Assembly: GCA_035552035.1 (NCBI GenBank)
Contig: DASZMF010000008.1
Location: 1-29,368 of the forward strand
Direction of reading: 5' to 3'
DNA length: 29,368 bases
Source: Candidatus Angelobacter sp.
Lineage (GTDB): Bacteria; Acidobacteriota; Terriglobia; Terriglobales; Acidobacteriaceae
The notes beneath the pieces were generated by a model. The model had not been told where the DNA came from. It did not search any database and worked only from the letters and a program-made list of their open reading frames with translations. The position numbers and the translations under genes were made by a program. Of this stretch, positions 1-7,448 are shown piece by piece. The first letter of the stretch is position 1. The number at the start of each line of letters is the position of its first letter.

Positions 1-405
1 TCCGCGGGAGAGACCGCCCGGTTCATCCACGCGGAATAACTCAACCTCCAGGGATGGCCACTTACCCTTCGGCCATGAATAACAGCCAAAGACTTCGTCG
101 GCGAGACAGGCCATCACTCGTTGCGCCTGGCGGTACATCTCCAGTCCCAGCAAGGTGCCGGTACGCTCGACTTCACTTTCCTGCTGGGCCAATAAAGCGG
201 CCAGAGCATGCTGTATATCCTGTGCTGCAATAACTGAGGGTTGAGTGTGATCGCCAAGTTGCGTCTTGAGCCGCACTAACTCTTCATAAAACTCTTCGAA
301 GCAAGTTAGCAGAAACGGATCGTAAGGCAGCCGCACTTCCATTTGGGTAAGCGCGGGTACCAACGTGAGCCCATTTTTATGGGCTGGAGCAGGCAAGCCC
401 GTCAT
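1..405 (-). CDS. tssL: Type VI secretion DotU/TssL-family protein, N-terminal part (runs off the window edge)
   Basis: Not in the ORF track because it has no stop in the window. Hand translation from ATG 405, which overlaps the TGA of 402..929 as ATGA: MTGLPAPAHKNGLTLVPALTQMEVRLPYDPFLLTCFEEFYEELVRLK...EMYRQAQRVMACLADEVFGCYSWPKGKWPSLEVELF. The Y..AQ.VM..LADE.F...W...W..LE.ELF pattern is DotU-like. An alternative start is ATG 342. Confidence 0.7.
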   Translation of the reverse strand, partial: MTGLPAPAHKNGLTLVPALTQMEVRLPYDPFLLTCFEEFYEELVRLKTQLGDHTQPSVIAAQDIQHALAALLAQQESEVERTGTLLGLEMYRQAQRVMACLADEVFGCYSWPKGKWPSLEVELFRVDEPGGLSRG

Positions 406-929
406 TTGCCCACCTCCATGGTGAAGTCGTTTTGTTGAAGGGAGATTGAGATTTTTCCGCCTAGAGGGAGCGGCGCGCTATGTGTGCCAGGAGATGGATA
501 GTTGGCAAACACCATGGCCCCGGAAAGCCATCTGGGGACCTTGACGCTGATGGGAGCAACGGGCTGTCCTGGGACCCACTCCCATGAGGTCACCTGCAGC
601 TTCTTGCCGTAACGACGCTGCAGGTCGGTCCGTTGTGCAAACCAATCCTTGGCCGTCATGGCGGGCGCCGCTTTCCAGAAATTCTTGTCCTTGATCAGCA
701 CAACATCCAGCGCGACGGGGCTGTTCTTATTAGCATTTGCATCAATGCCGACGTTGAGGTCCACCGGGCTGGGCTGCAAGGTTACGCGATTGGCAATTAC
801 CTTGGCCTTGTTCTTGATGCCGGAACAGGCGGTGCAGCCAGCCCAAATCATCAACAAGCTGAGCATGAACCGGCAGCTGCGGTAGAAACTTTTCCATGAT
901 GCGCGTTGGTGCCTCGCTTCCATGCTCAT
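402..929 (-). CDS. tssJ: T6SS TssJ-like lipoprotein
   Basis: Hydrophobic signal ending in AGCTAC (lipobox-like Cys), then ANKNSPVALDVV, WFAQR.DL and WEWVPGQ motifs. Translationally coupled to the DotU-like gene. Confidence 0.62.
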   Translation of the reverse strand: MSMEARHQRASWKSFYRSCRFMLSLLMIWAGCTACSGIKNKAKVIANRVTLQPSPVDLNVGIDANANKNSPVALDVVLIKDKNFWKAAPAMTAKDWFAQRTDLQRRYGKKLQVTSWEWVPGQPVAPISVKVPRWLSGAMVFANYPSPGTHSAPLPLGGKISISLQQNDFTMEVGK

Positions 930-939
930 ACCGGCAACT

Positions 940-977
940 AAAACGACAGCGCTGGTAAAACTCCTTCGCAGCTGTCG
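940..977 (-). terminator. Possible terminator-like hairpin just upstream of tssJ
   Basis: CGACAGC (944-950) and GCTGTCG (971-977) form an inverted repeat, followed on the minus strand by TTTT (940-943). The loop is long (20 nt). Confidence 0.3.
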
Positions 978-1124
978 AGAAAAGGGGAACCCAAACTCAT
1001 TTCATGCACTGCTCACGCCCTAGCGGATAACCGTCCCTCGTGAGGCGGCCTCGCGCAAGAGATATCTAGGCTGCATGCGGACAGTTTGAAGAGAAGGTTG
1101 TTAATGAGCGGCTTACGCAGCGCG

Positions 1125-3920
1125 TTAGATGACCGCGTGCTTGCGGCTTTTTGCCGCCTTCAGGTTGAACCTTTGCAGGCCTGCCTGATAGCCGAGCACT
1201 TGTGCATTGTTGGCGCCGAAAAAGAACGCATTCCTCGATCCGGGATTGTATCCCAGCCCCCAATCGGTGCCAGCTTGTTGCTCGCCCACGCTTGCTCCTA
1301 CCAGGGCAAAATTTTGAGCTGCCAGCAGGCCTGTCTGGTAATCGGCGTGGCCGGTGGCGTGGCCGCCTGTTCCAGCGGCCAGAGTGGCTCGAGCGGCAGC
1401 TACTCCCGCAAGGTAATCGGCATGGCCAGTGGCGTGGCCTACATTGCCGGCAGCCTGTCCCGTCTGCGCGGCGGCAACTCCCGCCAGATAATCGGCGTGG
1501 CCAGCCGCATGTCCGTGATTACCAGCGGCCTGTCCCGCCTGTGCGGCGCCGACTCCCGCAAGATAATCAGCGTGACCGGCGGCATGTCCGTAATTACCAG
1601 CGGCCTGTCCCGCCCGCGCGGCGCCGACTCCCGCAAGATAATCAGCGTGGCCGGCGGCATGTCCGTAATTACCAGCGGCCTGTCCCGCCTGCGCAGCGGC
1701 GATTCCCGCAAGATAATCGGCATGGCCGAGTTGTTCACCGGCGCTTTGTCCTGCCGCGGCGCTGGCTCGAGCAGACTGTACGCCTGCCCGGTAATGGCCG
1801 TGTCCGCCAGAGTGCTGCGGATTCGTCTGGGCCGCGCGGTTATGCTGCGCGTCGATGACACCTTGCTGATAGGTCAGGTCGCCCGCATCCAGGCGGAATT
1901 TGCTGAGCTGGACCTTGTTGGTGAAGGAATCAGACAGTAAGCCGCTTTGAGCATCAAAAACAACTTTTAGCGGATCCTCTTTCTTGATTGGGCCGATTTC
2001 ATGGTCGGGAGTTGCCATTACCTTGATGGTGATTTTATCGAGCAGCGGGGTGTCAGCGGGATTGGTGGTCGTTTCGTAACGGGCCTCGATATGGCCCGGC
2101 TTCTTGTCGGCCCAGTTCCGGATTTGATTTTCGTATGGGATCATTTGCGAGTTGGCAATCCAGGTGCCCGCGCCCAGGTTTTCCACCAGGTTCCTGCCGC
2201 CATTTTGCACCCCCCGTATGTGCAGCCACTCGTAATCCTGGGCGAGCTTGAGATTGCGGCCCAAAATCTTTTTCCCATAAGCCGCCATGCCCAGGGCATT
2301 CCAGCCATCCATCGCCTGGTCCTGCGTGCCGCCTCGTATGCCCACACGGTCCACCTTGGCCCAATCCTGTAGCGCGCGCGTTTTTTTCAACTTTTCGTAA
2401 GATGCATTGATAACCCCATCATCGTCTGGGATGGCGGAAGTCTTCTTGTAGTTCTGCTTGTTCAGAACGTAGTTCCCTTCAGTGGCGCTGGTGGTTCTGG
2501 CTTCACGGGTTGCGACGGACACATAAAAGAAGTGGTCCTTCTGGCCGGGAGCAAAAACCGCGCTGGCGCCCGCCTCCAATAATTTTTGCTGATAAGGCAC
2601 GTTGGTCAAAGATTCAAATTTGACATTGCTAAAGCGCTTTCCTTCTCCCATTTCCTCTTCCTTGATGTTCAGCAATGCGGCCACTTTCTTCATGCTGGCT
2701 GCATTGTCACTGTTCAGATAAACACTGCCGTTGGCGATCGGGGCGCGCTCGCCGAAACCCGGCTTTTTGAAGGCCAGGAAACCCCATTGATCGTCTTCAC
2801 CCAGCAAGATGGCCTTGACGTTCTCCATCAATACCTCGCCGAATGTCTCAACTAAAGCCTCGGTCTCCCCATCTTCCTGGACCAGGACAAATGGAACTTC
2901 GTTGAGCGCCTTAGTAACCTCGGAGGAACGCGGAGAGCTCTTAAATTTTACCCAGCTGTCCAGCGTATCGCGGACGGAACCGGCGCTGGATTTGTCCAGG
3001 GACAATCCTGAAACCTCTTCGCCTTCCTTGAGGATCACGTCCCGGAGAGCTTTCAACTCATCCCGTCCGACAAATAGCAATGCTTTGCCGTTTGGATGTT
3101 GCGTAACGAAGGCATATTCGACGCCGCTGCTATCATCGAAATAGTCTCCTGTTTTTTCCCCGCGAATGATGACCCGCTGTACGGTGGCTTGCGCTTGCGC
3201 CGGACGGCCCGATTCTTCCCGCGGCTGCTCGTGTTGCGCCTGCCCCAGGGCGAGAGAGGCGACCAGCGCGCCACTTCCCGCGCGCCCTTGCTGCAATGCC
3301 TTTGCTCCCATCACGTCAGCTTCGTGCTCCAGGCTTTTGTCGTCATTGACTGGCACGCCGCTCTTCATCTGCCGGGTGGGTTTCACGCGCCCCTGCGCCT
3401 GCTGGACAACGTGCCAGGCTTCATGCGGCAGATGCTTTTCCTGGCCGGGAGCAACGTGGACCTCCGTGCCCTGGGCATAGGCCAACGCATTCAACTGCGC
3501 GGGCTGGGCGGAATTGTAGTGGACACGAACATTGTCGAGCGACATTCCCGAGAGGCCCTCGACGCCGGCCTTGACCTGATCGGGCAAGCCGGTGCGGTTC
3601 GGACGCCGGACGGCGCTCTCCTCGATCTGGGCAGGAGCCGTCGAAGCGCGTGGAGGCGCTTCTGTTTCGGACTTTTTCTGCAGCGTGGCGGGCGGGGAGG
3701 AATTCATCTCGCTAGCCAGTCCCAGAAGCCCTTGCACAACCGGACTGCTCTGGAGATCGTCCTGCAACTGCACCAATGCCTGGACCAGCGGGCTGTCATG
3801 GATGGCCGCAGCCAACTGGGCGCAGCGCCCTTGAGAAGCAAAGAGTTGCCGCGTCCGAGGCGAGTGCGCGGGCTCCGCCTTCTGCGCCGGCCCCGCGACG
3901 GATGGAACGGTCTCCTTCAA
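1125..3920 (-). CDS. DUF4157 (eCIS-core) domain polymorphic toxin with putative His-Me finger nuclease and C-terminal tandem repeats
   Basis: aa ~108-210 read GLPDQVKAGVEGLSGMSLDNVRVHYNS..PAQLNALAYAQG...HLPHEAWHVVQQ..GRV...VNDDKSLEHEADVMG, which is DUF4157. Then a VQR motif. aa 564 onward reads EWLHIRGVQNGG-x5-NLGAGTWIANSQMIPYE, matching the H-x-x-x-x-x-GG..NL..T..N..M..E pattern of non-specific endonucleases. TTG start. Confidence 0.85.
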   Translation of the reverse strand: MKETVPSVAGPAQKAEPAHSPRTRQLFASQGRCAQLAAAIHDSPLVQALVQLQDDLQSSPVVQGLLGLASEMNSSPPATLQKKSETEAPPRASTAPAQIEESAVRRPNRTGLPDQVKAGVEGLSGMSLDNVRVHYNSAQPAQLNALAYAQGTEVHVAPGQEKHLPHEAWHVVQQAQGRVKPTRQMKSGVPVNDDKSLEHEADVMGAKALQQGRAGSGALVASLALGQAQHEQPREESGRPAQAQATVQRVIIRGEKTGDYFDDSSGVEYAFVTQHPNGKALLFVGRDELKALRDVILKEGEEVSGLSLDKSSAGSVRDTLDSWVKFKSSPRSSEVTKALNEVPFVLVQEDGETEALVETFGEVLMENVKAILLGEDDQWGFLAFKKPGFGERAPIANGSVYLNSDNAASMKKVAALLNIKEEEMGEGKRFSNVKFESLTNVPYQQKLLEAGASAVFAPGQKDHFFYVSVATREARTTSATEGNYVLNKQNYKKTSAIPDDDGVINASYEKLKKTRALQDWAKVDRVGIRGGTQDQAMDGWNALGMAAYGKKILGRNLKLAQDYEWLHIRGVQNGGRNLVENLGAGTWIANSQMIPYENQIRNWADKKPGHIEARYETTTNPADTPLLDKITIKVMATPDHEIGPIKKEDPLKVVFDAQSGLLSDSFTNKVQLSKFRLDAGDLTYQQGVIDAQHNRAAQTNPQHSGGHGHYRAGVQSARASAAAGQSAGEQLGHADYLAGIAAAQAGQAAGNYGHAAGHADYLAGVGAARAGQAAGNYGHAAGHADYLAGVGAAQAGQAAGNHGHAAGHADYLAGVAAAQTGQAAGNVGHATGHADYLAGVAAARATLAAGTGGHATGHADYQTGLLAAQNFALVGASVGEQQAGTDWGLGYNPGSRNAFFFGANNAQVLGYQAGLQRFNLKAAKSRKHAVI
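1278..1727 (-). repeat. 75-bp (25-aa) intragenic tandem repeat, six units
   Basis: GHADY codons start at 1727, 1652, 1577, 1502, 1427 and 1352, exactly 75 bp apart. Unit is approximately GHADYLAGV(G/A)AA(Q/R)AGQAAGN(Y/H)GHAA. More degenerate units extend to ~1880. Confidence 0.95.
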
Positions 3921-4274
3921 TTCTTCTCTGTCCCTCTGCTTCCTGCCGGACGCTCACGCACACCGGCCTAAACTGCCTTCCCGCCGCTCCGTTCGGGCGA
4001 GACACCCATAAACAACGACATCGTAGGAAAAATTCCCTTGCCAGGGTTTTCTTTGCCGGGTGACCGGCAACAGCAGGAGCCAGGATCTTCCCGCTGCAAA
4101 CGCCTTCAAAGCGTTCCGGCATCCATAGGCAAATCGGCGCTTCTCCTCGTGAAGACTACGAAAGCAAAAAGAGATGAAATCAGTTTTTCTTTCTTGGTGT
4201 CGAATTGAAACCACAGAGGGCCTCCGCCCAGGTCATCGTCAAGTTCCGCCTAAAAAATATTTTTGCAGATCCCC

Positions 4275-4324
4275 TTGACATCTGCTGCTAATGTATTAGC
4301 ATGTGCTAGTGGAGTAGCACATGC
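4275..4324 (+). promoter_or_regulatory. sigma70 promoter overlapped by two palindromic operators (TGCTA-N6-TAGCA x2), probably BlaI autorepression sites
   Basis: TTGACA at 4275-4280 and TAGCAT at 4297-4302. Palindromes TGCTAAT-GT-ATTAGCA (4286-4301) and GCATGTGCTA-GTGGAG-TAGCACATGC (4299-4324). The two TGCTA half-sites are 18 bp apart and lie directly upstream of the BlaI gene. Confidence 0.75.
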
Positions 4325-4364
4325 AATTAAGAACCAGTCCCGAGTTACCGCACCCAGGAGAACC

Positions 4365-4754
4365 ATGAGCGACGAAAAACATCTTCAATTAGGCCGCCGC
4401 GAACGCCAGATCATGGACGTGATCTACCAGCGCGGCCGTGCATCCGTGACGGAAGTCCTTGCCGCATTGCCAGACCCGCCCAGCTACTCCGCGGTGCGCG
4501 GCATGCTGGGTCTGCTGGAAGATAAAGGATATCTGCGCCATGAGCAGGAAGGGCTGAAATACGTTTACCTGCCAGCCGACGATACGCGCCAGGTCCGTGC
4601 CAGCGCCTTAAAGCACATGGTAAAAACTTTTTTCGGCGGATCGCCGGAGCAGGCCGTGGCTGCGCTGCTGGAAATGTCCGATAGCACGCTCTCCACCAAA
4701 GACAAGCAGTACCTCTCTCAATTAATCAAGAAAGCCCAGCAGGAAGGGAGATAA
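4365..4754 (+). CDS. BlaI/MecI/CopY family transcriptional repressor
   Basis: LGRRERQIMDVIY...SYSAVRGMLGLLEDKGYL winged helix and LKHMVKTFFGGS dimerisation helix. Start moved to ATG 4365, which follows CAGGAG; the track's TTG 4263 lies upstream of the promoter. Confidence 0.93.
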   Translation: MSDEKHLQLGRRERQIMDVIYQRGRASVTEVLAALPDPPSYSAVRGMLGLLEDKGYLRHEQEGLKYVYLPADDTRQVRASALKHMVKTFFGGSPEQAVAALLEMSDSTLSTKDKQYLSQLIKKAQQEGR

Positions 4755-4757
4755 GCC

Positions 4758-7361
4758 ATGCATTCATTCTCGCCATCATTCGCAATCGTCCTGGATACAG
4801 TTTTGAAAGATACAATTTTGAAGTCCACCGTTCTTCTCGCCCTGGCCTGGAGCGCCGTTTTCGTCATGAGAAAACGCTCCGCTGCCACGCAACACATGGT
4901 CCGCACGTTTTCGTTGGCCGCCGTACTGGCGCTTCCCTTCTTTGTACTATTCGTGCCCGCCTGGCATATAAAAGGACTGCCAGAATTCTCCAGGTTCAGC
5001 GCAACATCGCCGCAGCCAGCAGCGCATCTTGATAATCCAGCGACGTCTCCTGCAACAGTAGCCACGCCAGCAAATTCAACTGCTCTGCCTGCCTTAGCAA
5101 CCTTATCCGAACCGCGCTCTAAATCTTCTGTTCATGCCAGCGCTAACAAGAGAGACGGTCTCTCCAGATCAACTTCTGCTGGCAATGTGGCTCCATCGAC
5201 CATTACGGCCGAAAAATCTGTTACTCCACAAACTTCAAGTGGATTCACAGAGCAGCCTGCTACCGCAATACCAAAGTCGCCGGCTCTCTTTGCTTACCTG
5301 CCTCAGTTCCTAATCGGCTTGTGGATCACAGGAGCACTTTTCTTTCTGGCGCGTTGGCGGCTGAGCGTTATGCGTCTGGCATCTCTGGTACGCCGTGCTG
5401 CTGTGCTGACTGACTCTGGCTGGAACGCACAGGTGCGAGCGCTCTCCGGCGATCTGGAAATCAGCCGGCACGTGGCCCTGCTGGTCAGCGATGAGATTGA
5501 GGTCCCCATCACCACGGGCGTTTTCTTTCCGCGCATCATTCTTTCTCTCGATTATCCCGAGTGGTCGGCGACGCGGCGCTTCGCCATTCTGAATCATGAA
5601 CTGGCGCACATCAAACGGCTGGACGCATTGACACAGTCCCTCGGCCATCTGGCAACAACGCTCTATTGGTTTCATCCGCTCGTTTGGATCATGGTGCGGG
5701 CCATGCGCACGGAGCGCGAACGCGCTTGTGACGATCACGTGCTGGCCGCGGGAACCAAGGCCTCAGACTACGCCCATGAACTACTCGATATCGTCTCCGG
5801 ATTGCGCGAGCCTGAACTCGCCGTCGCTCTTGCTATGGCCCGGCGTTCGCAGTTGGAAGGCCGCGTACTGGCCGTGTTGAATCCTGCGCTGCCGCGTGGT
5901 TCAGTATCGCGCACAGCGGCACTTGCCTTGGCCGCGTTCACACTCTGCATCGTGTTGCCGTTATCAGCGCTGCGGCCGGCGCTTCAACAAGCGGCAAGCG
6001 CTCCCGCTGCCAAAGCAACTCAGCAGGCGGGCAAGAAGAAGCCTAGCCCAGCCTCGCCCCAGTCTTCCGCAAATCCGAGCGAAACATCCGATTCTTTTGC
6101 CCCTGAAGCTCCGTCCGACGAAGCAGCAGAAGCTCCTGAACCACCCGAAGCCCCGGAAATGGAAGTATCTGAGCCGCCGGAAGCCCCTGAAGCTCTCGAG
6201 CCTTTGGAAGCGCCCGAACCACCTGAAGCCCCCGATTCAGCAATGCTCCAGGGCGTGCCCGCAGTGCCAGCTGTCCCTGCCGTTCCATCTATTCCCGGAG
6301 TGCCCAGCTTCCCGGCAGTTCCTTCTGTTCCGGCAATCCCAGCGGCCCCGTGGGGCGATCTCTCCGTGTGCGGAAAAGGCGCCAACAATCATCACGTAAG
6401 CATGGAATCGCACAACGACTACTCACGTTGGGATGTGAGCTGGTCTGGCAGCAACTGCAATGTTGACCTTCGCGCTGAAGGCGATGTGAAATTTAATGCC
6501 AGCGCAACTGACGTTCAAAGCATCGCCGCCGGCGGTTTTTTCACGGTGGAGTCACGCCAGAACAACACGCTGAAACAGGTCAAGATCACGCCCAGCAGCA
6601 ATGGCCTGCAATATGTTTACAAGGTCAATGACAAGCAGCAGCCGTTTGAAGGCGAAGCCCGTAAATGGTTCGCGCAATTCCTGCTGGACCTGGAACGCGT
6701 GAGCGGCTTTGCTGCCAGCACGCGCATTCCCGCCTTGCTGGCCCAGGGTGGCCCCATCGCAGTGCTCGATGAAATCAGCAACCTGCAGTCTGATTATGTG
6801 CGCGGCATCTATTTACAGAAGCTTCTGGAACAACCCAAATTGCCTGCGCCAATCGTGCAGCGTATCATCCAGCAGGCCGGACAGCAGGTTGGTGGCGGCT
6901 ATGAACTCGCACGTGTTCTGATGGCTGTAAGCAAACAATATGACCTGCCCGATGAAACATCGCGCACGGCCTTTCTTGCCGCCGACGACAAACTCAAGGG
7001 CGACTATGAACGCTCTTCTGTCCTGATTGAGTTCTTGCGCCGCCCCAATCTCTCAAAAGGCGACGTAAATATGGCGCTGAATTCCGCCGGTGGTATTAAA
7101 GGCGATTACGAGAAATCACGCGTCGTGCTTTCATTGCTGGACCAGAAAACGCTTGGCCCCTCAGAGATTGATCTATACCTGAAAATAGCGTCATCCATCC
7201 GTGGCGACTACGAAAAATCACGCACCCTGATCAATCTCGCCCACGCCTATCCACTGGATGGCGCGCTGCATGACCATTACCTCAAGACAGCTGAGTCCAT
7301 CCAGGGTGACTATGAACGCAAGCGCGCTCTGGCAGCCGTGCAGAAGTCGGCAGCGCAGTAA
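4758..7361 (+). CDS. M56 family (BlaR1/MecR1-like) membrane metallopeptidase with non-PBP extracellular domain
   Basis: N-terminal TM helices, PITTGVFFPRIIL, HELAHIKRLD (HExxH), YWFHPLVW and ERERACDDHV. Then a TM helix, a P/E/A-rich linker and a C-terminal repeat domain. Lies 3 bp downstream of BlaI. Confidence 0.92.
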   Translation: MHSFSPSFAIVLDTVLKDTILKSTVLLALAWSAVFVMRKRSAATQHMVRTFSLAAVLALPFFVLFVPAWHIKGLPEFSRFSATSPQPAAHLDNPATSPATVATPANSTALPALATLSEPRSKSSVHASANKRDGLSRSTSAGNVAPSTITAEKSVTPQTSSGFTEQPATAIPKSPALFAYLPQFLIGLWITGALFFLARWRLSVMRLASLVRRAAVLTDSGWNAQVRALSGDLEISRHVALLVSDEIEVPITTGVFFPRIILSLDYPEWSATRRFAILNHELAHIKRLDALTQSLGHLATTLYWFHPLVWIMVRAMRTERERACDDHVLAAGTKASDYAHELLDIVSGLREPELAVALAMARRSQLEGRVLAVLNPALPRGSVSRTAALALAAFTLCIVLPLSALRPALQQAASAPAAKATQQAGKKKPSPASPQSSANPSETSDSFAPEAPSDEAAEAPEPPEAPEMEVSEPPEAPEALEPLEAPEPPEAPDSAMLQGVPAVPAVPAVPSIPGVPSFPAVPSVPAIPAAPWGDLSVCGKGANNHHVSMESHNDYSRWDVSWSGSNCNVDLRAEGDVKFNASATDVQSIAAGGFFTVESRQNNTLKQVKITPSSNGLQYVYKVNDKQQPFEGEARKWFAQFLLDLERVSGFAASTRIPALLAQGGPIAVLDEISNLQSDYVRGIYLQKLLEQPKLPAPIVQRIIQQAGQQVGGGYELARVLMAVSKQYDLPDETSRTAFLAADDKLKGDYERSSVLIEFLRRPNLSKGDVNMALNSAGGIKGDYEKSRVVLSLLDQKTLGPSEIDLYLKIASSIRGDYEKSRTLINLAHAYPLDGALHDHYLKTAESIQGDYERKRALAAVQKSAAQ
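6789..7358 (+). repeat. Six 34-35-aa helical repeats (x-G-D-Y-E-x-x-R-x-L) in the M56 C-terminal domain
   Basis: Aligned codons at 6789 (SDY), 6894 (GGY), 6999, 7101, 7203 and 7305 (GDY), with spacings of 105, 105, 102, 102 and 102 bp. Confidence 0.85.
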
Positions 7362-7368
7362 GAACCAA

Positions 7369-7441
7369 TCACAAGAGGACATGGAGGAACATCCGGAGGC
7401 AGTACGAATCCACTTTGTGCTCCTTCGTGTCCTTTGTGGTT
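7369..7441. repeat. Degenerate REP-like inverted repeat between convergent genes
   Basis: The right arm 7413-7441 reverse-complements to AACCACAAAGGACACGAAGGAGCACAAAG. The left arm TCACAAGAGGACATGGAGGAAC is a degenerate copy. Both are built of ~9-bp CACnnAGGA units. Confidence 0.55.
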
Positions 7442-7448
7442 GATTGCC

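Noticed and set aside
1066-1263. 65-aa minus-strand ORF as a candidate immunity protein
   Set aside because: Mostly overlaps the toxin 3' end in another frame, has no SD, and its composition is not convincing.
1278-1727. Regularly spaced repeats as a possible CRISPR array
   Set aside because: The units are contiguous, in-frame 75-bp coding repeats with no unique spacers, and no cas genes are present.
1086-1940. 284-aa plus-strand ORF with repeats (and 1202..1858, 1439..1861)
   Set aside because: Antisense or alternative-frame shadows of the 75-bp repeat in the toxin gene, with no independent family signal.
4020-4070. Possible sigma54 promoter (TGGCA...) for the effector
   Set aside because: The -12 GC is missing at the required spacing (TGGCAAGGGAATTTTC).
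3096-4214. ORFs 3096..3971 (+), 3796..4122 (-), 3954..4214 (-)
   Set aside because: Overlap the DUF4157 gene or its promoter region, are Arg-rich like shadow ORFs, and have no recognisable motifs.
4263-4364. N-terminal extension of BlaI in the ORF track
   Set aside because: It spans the promoter and operators. ATG 4365 has a good SD and gives a normal family length.
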